A DNA stretch of 64,000 nt from an uncultured Chloroflexia bacterium (GCA_963724295.1 CAVRUC010000004.1:96001-160000); one strand, 5' to 3'; shown: positions 36,606-46,406, counted from the stretch's first letter. The notes: generated by a model from the sequence alone, not told the origin. Made by a program: numbers and translations.

Positions 36606-36679
36606 ACCCTCGCTTGACGGCGTCACCTCGGTGGCGCCGTTGATATTTGCCTCCAGAAGCCTTCCTCCATCGCCCCTTT

Positions 36680-36870
36680 CACGAAGAGTCGTTCTCCATA
36701 CCATTCGGGATGCGCTCCATGGCAAAGGGTACGTGCCGATTCCGTTCGATCGGGAGCCGCCCGATGAGCGCGATGTGACGGAGACGGTCACCACGCTTGC
36801 TCACCTTGTGCGGTCTATCATCGCGGACTTGACCGCTCCAAAAAGCGTGTCGGATGAACTCGCGATATGT
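36680..36870 (+). pseudogene. Gene remnant resembling the C-terminal domain of pentapeptide-repeat proteins
   Basis: IRDALHGKGYVPIPFD...RDVTETVTTLAHLVRSIIADLTAPKSVSDEL; no clear start or full-length context; recognised from memory only. Confidence 0.45.
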
Positions 36871-36897
36871 TTGGCCGCAGCCGGTCGGTCCCTGCAC

Positions 36898-37887
36898 CTA
36901 TCGATCGCGCGCCAGGGCGTACCCGGCCAGGCAGTACATCACGATCCAGCAGGCCATCCGCTGCACCGAGTAGGCATTGCCGCCGATCATCATCACCGAT
37001 AGTCCGCACAGCTTCCCGCTTTGCCCGGCGGCGAAGGCTGTCTCCAGCACATCGGCGGCGCGCAGGCCATAGGGATCGGGCCAGTCCCAATCGGGTGTCT
37101 CAGCGCTGTCCAGCACGTCCAGGTCGACGGCGAGCCAGAGCCGGTCGACGCCGCTCGTGGCGTGGCGCACCGCCTCCGCGGCGAGCCGCCGGCTACCAAG
37201 CTCGCTCACCTCGCGGGCCATGATCGTGCGCATCCCGTTGTCGCGGTAGAACGCCATGTCTTCGCGCCGATTGGTCATCCCCCGCAGGCCGATCTGAACG
37301 TGATGGGACCGGCTCAACCGGTCGTTCCGCAGATAGGCGGTTCGCACCCAGTTCCAGGCGTTGGATTCATCTCCCCAATCGGGCGCGGTGTCGCAGTGCC
37401 CGTCGAAGTTGATCACCCCGATCGAGCTCGTGGCGTGATCGGCCAGCGCGTTGGCGACAGCCAAACTGGCGACGGGAGAGCCGCCGCCGATCGTGACCGG
37501 CAGGCAGCCCGCCTCGAGCACCTCGCCGACGACCGTCTCCACGGCGCTGACCGCGGCGCCCGTATCGCCAAACGGGAAATCGACGTCGCCGCAGTCGACG
37601 ATGGCCAGTGACTCCGCCGGGTCGATATCGAGCTCGGAAACGTAGGTGCTCCAGTAGGTGAGGCCGGCGATGCGCACCTTGCGCGGGGCGATGTCGTTCT
37701 CGTAGCCGAGGAGCGGACTGACAAACGGGATGCCGACGATCGCCACGTCCGCTCCCTGGAGGTCGGCCATAGTCTGCAGCGGCTGCGAGCCCATGAAGAC
37801 CGGGACACCCTGCCGGTTGAGCTGGTGGGTGCGCTGGGCGATGCCCAAAGAAAGCTCGAAACTCGTCACGCTCCCTCTCCTCTCCAT
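36898..37887 (-). CDS. Arginase/agmatinase (ureohydrolase) family protein, atypical metal site
   Basis: DVAIVGIPF, VDCGDV, NFDGHCD, QIGLRG, VDLDVLD; GGDH replaced by GGGS. Confidence 0.8.
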   Translation of the reverse strand: MERRGSVTSFELSLGIAQRTHQLNRQGVPVFMGSQPLQTMADLQGADVAIVGIPFVSPLLGYENDIAPRKVRIAGLTYWSTYVSELDIDPAESLAIVDCGDVDFPFGDTGAAVSAVETVVGEVLEAGCLPVTIGGGSPVASLAVANALADHATSSIGVINFDGHCDTAPDWGDESNAWNWVRTAYLRNDRLSRSHHVQIGLRGMTNRREDMAFYRDNGMRTIMAREVSELGSRRLAAEAVRHATSGVDRLWLAVDLDVLDSAETPDWDWPDPYGLRAADVLETAFAAGQSGKLCGLSVMMIGGNAYSVQRMACWIVMYCLAGYALARDR

Positions 37888-38183
37888 ACGGATTCCGCCC
37901 GAGCAGCGTCTGGATGCCCTCGTTGGTCGCCTTTACTCCGTCGCTCGACACTCCGAATGACCCGTGCTGCCGCTGCCTTCGTTGCGAAAGAACGTTAGGT
38001 CGGTGATCGCCGGCACGAAGACCGCGTCGTTGAACCGCGCCCATCCGCTCGATGATGTCGTGGTCGAAGGTCTCGTCCGTTGGCAGCTCGTCCTCGACCG
38101 AGCGGAACTTCGGCTCCTCGTCAGGCGTTTCCCGCTTCCTGGCAGGCGTGGTGCTGTCAGCAGCGGCCTTCCGCGTTCGCGCT

Positions 38184-39112
38184 AATTCAGCCACCGCCGC
38201 GTGCAGCATCTCGAGGAACCGTTCGCGGGATGCTTCGACGACGACGTCCACGTTCGGGGTGCGACCGGTAACGCCGAGAAGATCGACCACGGTCTGACCC
38301 CGACACCAGACGCCCCCGGTCTCGATCCCGACGAAGAGGCGCCTGGACTCCGTGACGATGGATGGGTCGATGGCGACGGCCATGGCGATCGGGTCGGGCA
38401 GATCGAACCCGTCTAACCCGGATGTCTCGGTCGCGAACTTGATCAATGCCGCCTGGATGTCGACGCAGAAGTTCGCCAGAGGGGTCCCTACGGCGCGCAG
38501 CCTGGCGGCATCGGCCTCGTTGAGGGTCGCATAGGTGTACGAGACGTCCCAGCCGACCATCGTGATCGGCATCCCCGATTCGAACACGATCTGCGCGGCC
38601 TCGGGGTCAACCCAGATGTTGTATTCCGCCACCGGGGTCACATTGCCGTGACCTCGTCCCGTCCCACCCATGACCACGCAATTGCTCACCTTGCCTGCCA
38701 GGGACGGGTCCCGCAAGAGGGCTAACGCCACGTTCGTCAGCGGTCCGAGTGTGACCAGGGTGATCTCTCCCGCATAGCGGTTGATCGTCTCCTGTAACAC
38801 GTCCGTCGCGTGCTCAGGGGCCGGGCTCCTGCCGTAGACCTCCAGACCGATGTCTCCCATGCCATCACTGCCATGGACATTTTGCGCGCTCTCGTGTGGA
38901 CGCAGGAGAGGGGCGCCCATGCCCTGATAGACAGGGACGTCCGCTCCGGTGAGCTCGACCGTGTAGAGGGCGTTCTGCGTGCCCTGCTCGAGCGGAACGT
39001 TTCCAGCGACGACGGTGATCGCCTCGACCTGGATCTGCGGGTTCGTCAGCGCCATGACGAGCGCCACCGCGTCGTCCGAGCCCGTGTCGGTATCAATCAG
39101 AAAGTGACGCAT
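38184..39112 (-). CDS. Nucleoside hydrolase (IU-NH family); true stop uncertain, ORF reads through
   Basis: DTDTGSDD, HGSDGMG, LGPLTNVA, AEYNIWVDPEAA, LPDP; domain ends near 38190. Confidence 0.88.
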
Positions 39113-39157
39113 CTCCCAGACTCTCCCTACCCCGAGTTGCTCAGCGGCGGCCGCCGC

Positions 39158-40234
39158 TCAGCCGACACTAACGGAATTGACGCGACGCCAGGCGATGGTC
39201 GCCAGCCCGTGGGCGAGGGCTTCCATGTCCTCGCTATTGACCGATTTCACGGTTTCGACCAGATCCGTGGGTACCGCCCCGATGCCGCGCAAGGCGCCGG
39301 CGAGCGACCCCGCCATCGCCGCGATGGTGTCCGAGTCGTTGCCAATGTTCGTGCCGCCGATGACGGTCTCGAGGGGATCGCCGCCAGCCGCGACGAAGAT
39401 ACCGACGGCCGCCGGAACGGATTCGACAGTCATGACGGAGTTGCCGACACTCGCCTCGATCCGCCGCAAGGCGTCCTCCATGCCCTGAGCCCGCACCGCT
39501 TCTTCGATGGCGATCTCGATCCGCCGCGCGACATTCGGTCCCGCAATGTAGCGCCCCTCGCGACCGCCGAGCTCCTCCCCGTATCTGGCCCCCCACAGGC
39601 ATGCCTGCGTGACCGAGTAGACGTCGGCCCCGAGCTCCAGCGCGTGCGCGACCCCGGCCGCGATAGCGCCGGCGCCCGCGGCCGCGATCTGCGTGTCGTG
39701 GGTCGGACGGGCCGTCAACCAGGCCAGCCGCACCGCTCCTTCCAGGTCACCGGGAAAAACCAATCCCGCCGGCGCGATCCGCATCGCGGCGCCATTCGTT
39801 GCGCCGAAGCTGGTTTGCTTGCGAGTGGAGGTTCCCACGCACCCGATGTGAGAGGTGTCTTCGCCGGCGCTGATTGCCTCGAGCAGTGGTCGGGTGGTCG
39901 GACCCATCATCCTCGCCATCGGGGAGGTGCGAGACCAATCGACCAATTTGCTCACCCAGGCGTCCTCGCTCAGCTCGCCGTCCGCGTCGATGATCGCTTC
40001 GGCCAGGGCGAACATCTGGCTGGTGTCGTCGGTGATCTGGCCAGGGAGGTTCCCCGCGGAGAAGGTGTCACTGGAAGGGGCCCGCAGATCGCGCAGGAGT
40101 CCCCCGTACTCCTCGAGAATCTCCGGGATCGCATGCTGCTCGGTAGCGGCGCCCATGGCATCGCCGAGAGCCGCGGTTACCAGGCTGCCGAGGACGTGCT
40201 CGTAGAGACGTTGCCGATCTCCCACTTCGGGCAT
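39158..40234 (-). CDS. ADP-ribosylglycohydrolase family protein
   Basis: LGDAMGA, ITDDT, TNGAAMR, TH, GNDSDTIAAMAG. Confidence 0.92.
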   Translation of the reverse strand: MPEVGDRQRLYEHVLGSLVTAALGDAMGAATEQHAIPEILEEYGGLLRDLRAPSSDTFSAGNLPGQITDDTSQMFALAEAIIDADGELSEDAWVSKLVDWSRTSPMARMMGPTTRPLLEAISAGEDTSHIGCVGTSTRKQTSFGATNGAAMRIAPAGLVFPGDLEGAVRLAWLTARPTHDTQIAAAGAGAIAAGVAHALELGADVYSVTQACLWGARYGEELGGREGRYIAGPNVARRIEIAIEEAVRAQGMEDALRRIEASVGNSVMTVESVPAAVGIFVAAGGDPLETVIGGTNIGNDSDTIAAMAGSLAGALRGIGAVPTDLVETVKSVNSEDMEALAHGLATIAWRRVNSVSVG

Positions 40235-40311
40235 GAAGTCACCTTTCTGGTGTCGATCCTTCAACGGATGTCGTGGCCTTCATCATACCGGCCAGCATCG
40301 GGTTGCAGCCC

Positions 40312-41273
40312 TTATTCGCTCTCAGTCCGTGCCAGCGCTGCCGCTTCGGTCCACGTCGGAAGCCCTGACCGGACGCCCCACCCCGTGCAGGAGAGCGCGG
40401 CCGCCGCCGCGGCGAACCGGCCCGCTTCGGCCGCGGGACGGTCCTCCAGCAGCCAGGCGGTAATCAGGGCCGCGCTCAGGGCATCGCCAGCGCCGGTGGT
40501 ATCGACGACCGGCACCGCAAACCCCGGCACGAAATGCATGCCCTGCTTGCCTGTCCGCCTCGAAGAGGTAGAGGCCGCGTTCCCGGTCACTGACCGACGC
40601 TCGCCGTACCCCTTTGCCGCGCAAGTAGGCAAGTCCGTCCTCGAGCGTCGCTTCACCGGTATACGAGCGCAGATGCTCCCGGTTCGTCAGGAACAATTCG
40701 ACCGTGGGCAGAATCGAATCCACGTCCTGCCGTTGCAGCCCTCGTCCTTCCAGATCATCGAAGCTGCCGGGGAGATCGAAGGCAAGAGCCGGTCCCTGGC
40801 TGCTCGGCACAAAGTCCCGCCACTCGATGGAGTAATGGCGATGGCAGATACCCCGAGGTGAAGCAGACGCGAGAGCGGCGGATATACGCGTCATCCTCCT
40901 CGTCCAGCGTCAGGCCTCGCACGCCATTCCCGCCGGTGACCATGCTGCGGTCGCCGTGTCCATCGACGAAGACCAGCGTGTACGCGGTGTCATCCTCGCC
41001 TCCGACCTGGACCCGCGAGACATCAATGCCACGCTGCCGAAAGTCCTCGAGCACCATCGTTCCGGAGGCGTCGCAGCCGACCCGAACGATGACGCCGACG
41101 GAGAGTCCCAGCCGCGCCGCGGCGGCCGCGACATTCCCTTCGACACCCCCTGGTCCCGACTGCCGGTCGAGGACCATGACCCCTGTATCGCGCTCGGGGA
41201 GCACGGTGACGCGGTGGATATAGTCGATGACGGCGCTGCCAACCGTCACCAGATCGAGCGGGCCGGTCGACAT
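40312..41273 (-). CDS. PfkB-family carbohydrate kinase (several frameshifts)
   Basis: PGGVEGNVAAAAARLG, VGCD; C-terminal VVDTTGAGDA in another frame. Confidence 0.85.
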
Positions 41274-41282
41274 CTGGCCGCC

Positions 41283-41981
41283 TTACAGCCCGAGCTCGGC
41301 GGCAGCGCGTCGGGCCTCCTGCACGAATCCCCGGACCAGATCGGGGTCCTTGCGACGGCTGTTGCCGGCGGTGTTCGTCCAGGTGAACGAGTCGACCCCC
41401 GCTGGCCGCACATGCCGGATCGAGTCGGCGACATTGTCAGGGCTCAGGCCACCAGCCAGGATGACCGGAACGCTGGCGCCGACAGATTCCACGATGCGAG
41501 CGCTGACGTCCCAGTCGTGAACGCGACCGGCTGCGCCGATGCCCGTGATATCCGGATCGTCCGTGTCGAGGAGAAGATAGTCACTGACTGGGGCGAAACG
41601 CTCAGCGGCGGCAATCGCCTGGTCGGCCGTCTCCGGTCCGCCGACCTCGATCGCCTTCATCACCCGCGTGCCGCTGGGAAGGAGCGAGCGCAGCCGCCGC
41701 TGCTCGTCGACGTTCAGCGCCTCGGTCGCCGAACAGATGTGCACGATCGCCGGGTTCACCGCTTCGGCCATCGCCACGATGGCGTCCAGCTCCGTCCTGA
41801 CCGTCAGCGCCGCACCGAGAACGTTCTGCGGGAGGAAATCGAACAGCGCGCGGCACTCCTCATGACCCAGCTCCGAGCGCAACCCCTGGCCGGCAGGGGC
41901 CAGGCCGATATGGTCGACTCCCATTTCCACGAGCATGCGCACGTCTTCCGGGTGAGTCAGCGAATAGATCTGCACGATCAT
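41283..41981 (-). CDS. Phosphoribosylanthranilate isomerase-like (TrpF-like) protein outside any trp operon
   Basis: MIVQIYSL, GVDHIG, LLLDT, GRVHDW, VILAGGLSPDNV, GVDS, KD. Confidence 0.8.
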   Translation of the reverse strand: MIVQIYSLTHPEDVRMLVEMGVDHIGLAPAGQGLRSELGHEECRALFDFLPQNVLGAALTVRTELDAIVAMAEAVNPAIVHICSATEALNVDEQRRLRSLLPSGTRVMKAIEVGGPETADQAIAAAERFAPVSDYLLLDTDDPDITGIGAAGRVHDWDVSARIVESVGASVPVILAGGLSPDNVADSIRHVRPAGVDSFTWTNTAGNSRRKDPDLVRGFVQEARRAAAELGL

Positions 41982-41997
41982 GGTGGCTCCGGTCATG

Positions 41998-42070
41998 AGT
42001 CGGTCAGTCGGTAAGTCGGTTAGTCGGTTAGTACGAGAGTGTGCCAATTGCCGATAGCCATTAGCCCATA
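41998..42070. repeat. Junction micro-arrays (AGTCGGTN)x4 and (GCCNNTW)x4
   Basis: 41998-42029 and 42043-42070, between the PfkB stop and the TrpF-like start. Confidence 0.8.
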
Positions 42071-42078
42071 GAGCCGCA

Positions 42079-43032
42079 TCACCCTGCCAGTGCACGTGCC
42101 GCGGGATGGTCGGCGAGCAGCTCCAGTAGTTGGTTCCGTCCTGGGATGCGGGTGCCGGCGCCGCGCTGGGTTACGGCGAGAGCGCCCATGGCGTTGCCCA
42201 GCACGGCACAGTCGCGCGGTGTCCCTCCGCGCAACCACCCGGCGATAAATGCCGGGGCGAAGGAGTCCCCAGCGCCGACCGTATCGACGACGGGAACGGA
42301 GAAGCCGGGCACGTGCTGAACTTCCTCGGTCGTTGCCACCAGACAGCCCTCGGAACCAAGTTTCAGCACAACGACCGAGGGACCGAGTGCCAGGAGCGCC
42401 TGCACGAGCTCCACTCGGTCCTTGATAGGCGAGAGAAACCTGGCCTCGGACTCGGAGAGCAACAAGACGTCTATGGCGGCAAGCGCCCGTTCTCGTTGCT
42501 CGCGCGGGATGAACTCGGCACTTGGGCCAGGATCGAAAAAGATCGGCACGCCCGCCGTGCGAGCGGTCGCGAAGGCGGCGATCACGTCCTCAGGAGTCAG
42601 GAGATCGCGAAGGGTGTAGCCATCGGTGTACAGCGCGCGGGAGTGTTGGATGACCGCATGCCAATCCTCAGGGAACGGCCAGACTCCGAGGTCGTCTTTG
42701 ACGCCGAGATAGACATGCTGATTCAGCTGGTCGGCGAGCACGATACAGAGGACCGTAGACCGCTCCGGGTAGACGGTGACATGACGCAGGTCGACCCCCT
42801 CCGGTTCAAGCATGGCGAGAGTCTCCGCGCCATAGCGGTCAGCTCCGAGTTGTCCAAGCGCCGCGACGTCCAGGTTGAGACGTCGTGCCGCGACGAGGAC
42901 ATTGCCGGCCCCACCGGGCTCGAGAAAGATTCCCTCCGCCCAACCGTGATTGTTGGGTAGCAGCGGCAGGCGCTCCACCGGCACGATCAGATCGGCGACG
43001 AGGTCGCCGAGAACGACGAGGTCGTGACCCAC
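42079..43032 (-). CDS. PfkB-family carbohydrolate kinase
   Basis: PGGAGNV, LGADRYG, FDPGP, KLGSEG, VVDTVGAGDSF. Confidence 0.92.
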   Translation of the reverse strand: MGHDLVVLGDLVADLIVPVERLPLLPNNHGWAEGIFLEPGGAGNVLVAARRLNLDVAALGQLGADRYGAETLAMLEPEGVDLRHVTVYPERSTVLCIVLADQLNQHVYLGVKDDLGVWPFPEDWHAVIQHSRALYTDGYTLRDLLTPEDVIAAFATARTAGVPIFFDPGPSAEFIPREQRERALAAIDVLLLSESEARFLSPIKDRVELVQALLALGPSVVVLKLGSEGCLVATTEEVQHVPGFSVPVVDTVGAGDSFAPAFIAGWLRGGTPRDCAVLGNAMGALAVTQRGAGTRIPGRNQLLELLADHPAARALAG

Positions 43033-43047
43033 TGAACGGTCCCTACC

Positions 43048-44397
43048 CTATCCCTCGAGCGGTCGCGATGTTCGCACCCCGCGCCGTCGACGGGAGATCA
43101 CCAGCGCACCGGCCACCAACGGGATGACAGGCAACACGAGCAAGCGCGTGAGGGGAGGGTTCCCGGGGACACGCACTTGCCGGATGCTGCCTGGCATGAC
43201 TTCCCCCCGTTCTGATGTCAGCCGGATCTGATACTGCTCTCCCGTTGCCTCGAGATCGATGGGGTATGCCTCGAAGTTCGGACGTGGAGACTCGGGGGAT
43301 TCGGGAGTTGCGGGAGCCGATGGGTCCATCGCGATGACTTCGTAACCAAGCTGAGAACCCGGCACTTGGCGCACGGTGTATGGGGTCAGCGAGCGTCGAT
43401 CCGCCACGTTGTCGCCGGCAAGGATTTCCAGCTGCTGGCTGCTGAGCCGTTCGCCATTGACCCACTCCCATTCGCCACTGTCTCCCGGCAAACTCTGCGG
43501 GTTCTGCAGCAGCGCCCAAGCTCGCCCCGGGTACTCGCGCGCGAGGTGTGGCTCCAGGTAGAGGGCACTATCCGCAGTGCCGAAAATGACGTCGCTGGGG
43601 GCAGGTGATTCGAGCGGTGTAGTCCACCTCGTCTCGGGGACGATGGTGTAGCCAACTCCGGTACGTCGCGGAGCGAAAACGTTCATCGTGCGCTCGCTCT
43701 CAGGCACGATAGTGCCATCAGAACCGCGCAGCCGAATGCCGTACTGGCCGGGGTCGAGATCGATCGGGAAGCCGCTGTTGAGACCGTTGCTGAAGACACC
43801 GATCGGTTCGGGAAGCACCGGCTCGGGAGGTACCTCGACCGTTTCGCCCGCCTGTTGCCGGCTGTTGACTTCCGCCATGGCGTCCAGCCAGGCCTGCTCC
43901 GCCCGCTGATATTCCGCCGACGCCTTTTGGAACGCTTCTTGCCGAGACCGGAACTCCGCCTCCGCATCGACGGCGGCCTCACCAAGAAAGAGCTCGCCGG
44001 TCGTGGTGGTCCCCTCTTGCTTGAAGTGGATGGTGTAGTCGGTCCGGGTGAGCTCGGCGACGACGCGCCCATCTTTGACGACTTCGAGCACACCCGGAAC
44101 CGGCTCGTTGAGCGCGCTCCAATCCGCCCGATACTCGTTCGTAATTGGCCAAAAATAGATCTCGGTGTATCGAGGCGAGATCACGCTCGTGCCGTCGGCG
44201 AGGAGGAAGATGGCATCGGCTGTTGGCGGCGCGAACGTCCCGACAAAGTTGTCCGGCACCGCCGCGTTGATCCCGTAGACAAACGCGCGCTCGCTATCGG
44301 TCGTCTGCGCCGTCGTCGAGGGGACCCAGCCCGGCTGGTGTCCGAGCAGCATCAGGAACCCGGCAAGAGCCACGGCGGCGAAGCACCTCACGTTCAC
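43048..44397 (-). CDS. Hypothetical secreted protein with C-terminal membrane anchor, ABC-exporter associated
   Basis: GTG at 44397 overlapping the permease stop; signal peptide; short coiled coil; C-terminal TM followed by RRRR. Confidence 0.7.
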   Translation of the reverse strand: MNVRCFAAVALAGFLMLLGHQPGWVPSTTAQTTDSERAFVYGINAAVPDNFVGTFAPPTADAIFLLADGTSVISPRYTEIYFWPITNEYRADWSALNEPVPGVLEVVKDGRVVAELTRTDYTIHFKQEGTTTTGELFLGEAAVDAEAEFRSRQEAFQKASAEYQRAEQAWLDAMAEVNSRQQAGETVEVPPEPVLPEPIGVFSNGLNSGFPIDLDPGQYGIRLRGSDGTIVPESERTMNVFAPRRTGVGYTIVPETRWTTPLESPAPSDVIFGTADSALYLEPHLAREYPGRAWALLQNPQSLPGDSGEWEWVNGERLSSQQLEILAGDNVADRRSLTPYTVRQVPGSQLGYEVIAMDPSAPATPESPESPRPNFEAYPIDLEATGEQYQIRLTSERGEVMPGSIRQVRVPGNPPLTRLLVLPVIPLVAGALVISRRRRGVRTSRPLEG

Positions 44398-45338
44398 GGC
44401 AAGACCCCTCTCCGGGTGAGTGCCCGGACGGCCAGCGCGAGCCAGATCGCGGCACTCCCGATCCCACTCGCCACGTACAGCAACAGCTCGCGCCAGTTGC
44501 CACGGAACGCGGCATCGAGGCCCTGGCTCAAGAGCGCCAGAGGGGACACCCACTGCAGAGCTTCACGAATGACCCGCAGCAGCTCTCTCAGAAAAAGCAG
44601 CGCGTCGTAGTAGCGACTCGTCGGCGGCATCTGCACGAGAGCGCTGTAACCGACCTGAGCGGCCAGGACGAAGGCCAGTGCGGCGGCGAACACAAAGACC
44701 GCGCCGCGAGCCGAGGAGGCGATCGCCGAGATGAACAGGCCGATTCCTATGGCCGGCGCAACGAGCGCTGGCGAGACGAGCACACCCGCGAAAAGCGTGG
44801 CGGGGAGAGGAAGGTTCGTCAGAGCGGCGAGTACGGCAAAGAGTGGCATGGTGATCAGCATGAAGAGGATGTAGACGACGATCGCGCCTACCAGATGGGC
44901 ACCGACCAATCCGACGGGGTCGATTGGCGCGAAGAACAGCACGCGCAGCGCACCCTGGTCGCGTGGCCGAGCGATGGCCAGCGCTGCCCACGCCGCGAGG
45001 TAGACCGCGCCCATCGACGTGGCAACGAGCAGCGACACGTAGAATGGACGACTGACGATCTCCAACCCACTCTCAGCCACCGAGCGCAAGGTGTTGTAGA
45101 CGAGAACGACCCCAACCAGCACCACGACAGCGGCCGCGAGATAGAGCGACCACCCGTAGACCGCTTCTCGCACCTCTGCGCGCGATATTTGGTCGATGGT
45201 GCGCCAGCGGAGCCGCCAGGGTGAGGGTGATAGGGTGATGGGTGATGGGTGATAGGATGTTGGCGTGGCGGGCGACGCAGGCGTCGCCCCTACGAGTCGT
45301 CTGGCCGTCTCGCCGTCTCGCCGTCTTGCCGTCTTCAT
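44394..45338 (-). CDS. ABC-2 type transporter permease (N-terminal ~40 aa repeat-derived)
   Basis: 6 TM helices; ATGA overlap with the ATPase gene. Confidence 0.8.
   Translation of the reverse strand: MKTARRRDGETARRLVGATPASPATPTSYHPSPITLSPSPWRLRWRTIDQISRAEVREAVYGWSLYLAAAVVVLVGVVLVYNTLRSVAESGLEIVSRPFYVSLLVATSMGAVYLAAWAALAIARPRDQGALRVLFFAPIDPVGLVGAHLVGAIVVYILFMLITMPLFAVLAALTNLPLPATLFAGVLVSPALVAPAIGIGLFISAIASSARGAVFVFAAALAFVLAAQVGYSALVQMPPTSRYYDALLFLRELLRVIREALQWVSPLALLSQGLDAAFRGNWRELLLYVASGIGSAAIWLALAVRALTRRGVLP
45219..45335. repeat. Composite repeat: (GGGTGAT)n array + GTAG-type REP palindrome (45270-45293) + (GCCGTCTY)x4
   Basis: Minus strand GTAG-GGGCGACGC-CT-GCGTCGCCC flanked by 7-mer and 8-mer arrays. 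Confidence 0.85.
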
Positions 45339-46282
45339 GCCGAGGTGCTTGCCAACCTGCTGACATTGTGATCCGTGAAGGTCACAAACGCTTCCTCCAG
45401 ACTCATCTCCTCGCTCTCCATCCTCAGAATGACACCCCCGGACTCGGTGATGAGCTGGGAGAGCCGCGGCCGAACATCCTGGCCGTCTTCGAGAAGCAGC
45501 TCGAGTTGCCGCCCGCTGTCGGTCACCTCGAGATCGAGCACGTAGGGTTCCTGGCCGAGGCGCTCGACGAGCGGTGCGTCGACACGCTCGAGCTCGACAA
45601 TCAAGCGGCGGCCCGAGCCCAGCCGGCGGCGTAGTCCCGCCAGACTGTCCTCGATCAAGAGAGATCCCTGGTGCATGATGCCGATGCGATCCGCGGAACG
45701 CTCGATCTCGGAGAGAATATGGCTGGAGATGAATGCCGTTCCCCCCTGATCGCGGTAGGCGTGAATCAACTCCCGTACCTGGCGTATGCCGTGCGGGTCG
45801 AGCCCACTCACCGGCTCGTCGAGGATCAACAGCCGCGGCGCATGAACGAGAGCTCGAATGAGGCTGAGCTTCTGGCGCATTCCGCGCGAGTAGTCGCGAG
45901 CGAGCGCGTCACGTGCGTCCCATAGCTCCAGCGCGTGGAACAATTCCTCCATGGAGCGCTCTGGCGCGTCGACCCCGCAGAGCCGGCCGAAATAGCGCAC
46001 CAGCTCCCACCCGGTCAACCGTGAGAATTCAACAGGCTCTTCCGCCACCACCCCGATCTGCTGCCTGAAGGCGAAGGACCCCCGCTCGAGCGGCTTCCCG
46101 AAGAGGCAGACACGCCCGCTGGTTGGCTGAACGAGATTGAGCAGCATGTGGATGGTGGTCGTCTTGCCGGCCCCATTTGGGCCGAGGAAACCGTAGATCT
46201 CCCCTGAGCGAACTTCGAGGTTCAAGGAGTCGACGGCAACCATGTCGCCGTAACACTTGGTCAGGTTTTCCGTCTCGATCAC
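45335..46282 (-). CDS. ABC transporter ATP-binding protein (exporter type)
   Basis: GPNGAGKTT, YSRGMRQKL, LILDEP, ISSH. Confidence 0.94.
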   Translation of the reverse strand: MIETENLTKCYGDMVAVDSLNLEVRSGEIYGFLGPNGAGKTTTIHMLLNLVQPTSGRVCLFGKPLERGSFAFRQQIGVVAEEPVEFSRLTGWELVRYFGRLCGVDAPERSMEELFHALELWDARDALARDYSRGMRQKLSLIRALVHAPRLLILDEPVSGLDPHGIRQVRELIHAYRDQGGTAFISSHILSEIERSADRIGIMHQGSLLIEDSLAGLRRRLGSGRRLIVELERVDAPLVERLGQEPYVLDLEVTDSGRQLELLLEDGQDVRPRLSQLITESGGVILRMESEEMSLEEAFVTFTDHNVSRLASTSA

Positions 46283-46348
46283 GGGTCTGAATGGTCCTCG
46301 CCGGCTTCGCTCGGGTGATGATGCCGATGGATGCTAGCATCTTCGCCG

Positions 46349-46406
46349 AGTCGAGTAGTCGAGAAGTCGAGGCGTCGAGCAGAAGACGGCAAGACGGCAA
46401 GACGGC
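46349..46406. repeat. Junction micro-arrays (AGTCGAGN)x4 and (AAGACGGC)x3
   Basis: In the divergent intergenic region between the ABC ATPase and BtpA genes. Confidence 0.85.

Noticed and set aside
31644..36900. Intact prophage or integrative element at tRNA-Asp
   Set aside because: No integrase, transposase, phage genes or att duplication found in the window.
37367..39112. 581-aa nucleoside hydrolase ORF
   Set aside because: The domain ends near 38190; the distal part overlaps the ureohydrolase gene out of frame.
38810..40861. Long antisense ORFs (also 18661-20385, 7839-9137, 20901-22109)
   Set aside because: Shadow frames opposite well-supported genes; typical of high-GC DNA and lacking motifs.
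41283..41981. Calling this gene bona fide trpF
   Set aside because: No trp context and the N-terminal catalytic Cys motif is altered; kept as TrpF-like.
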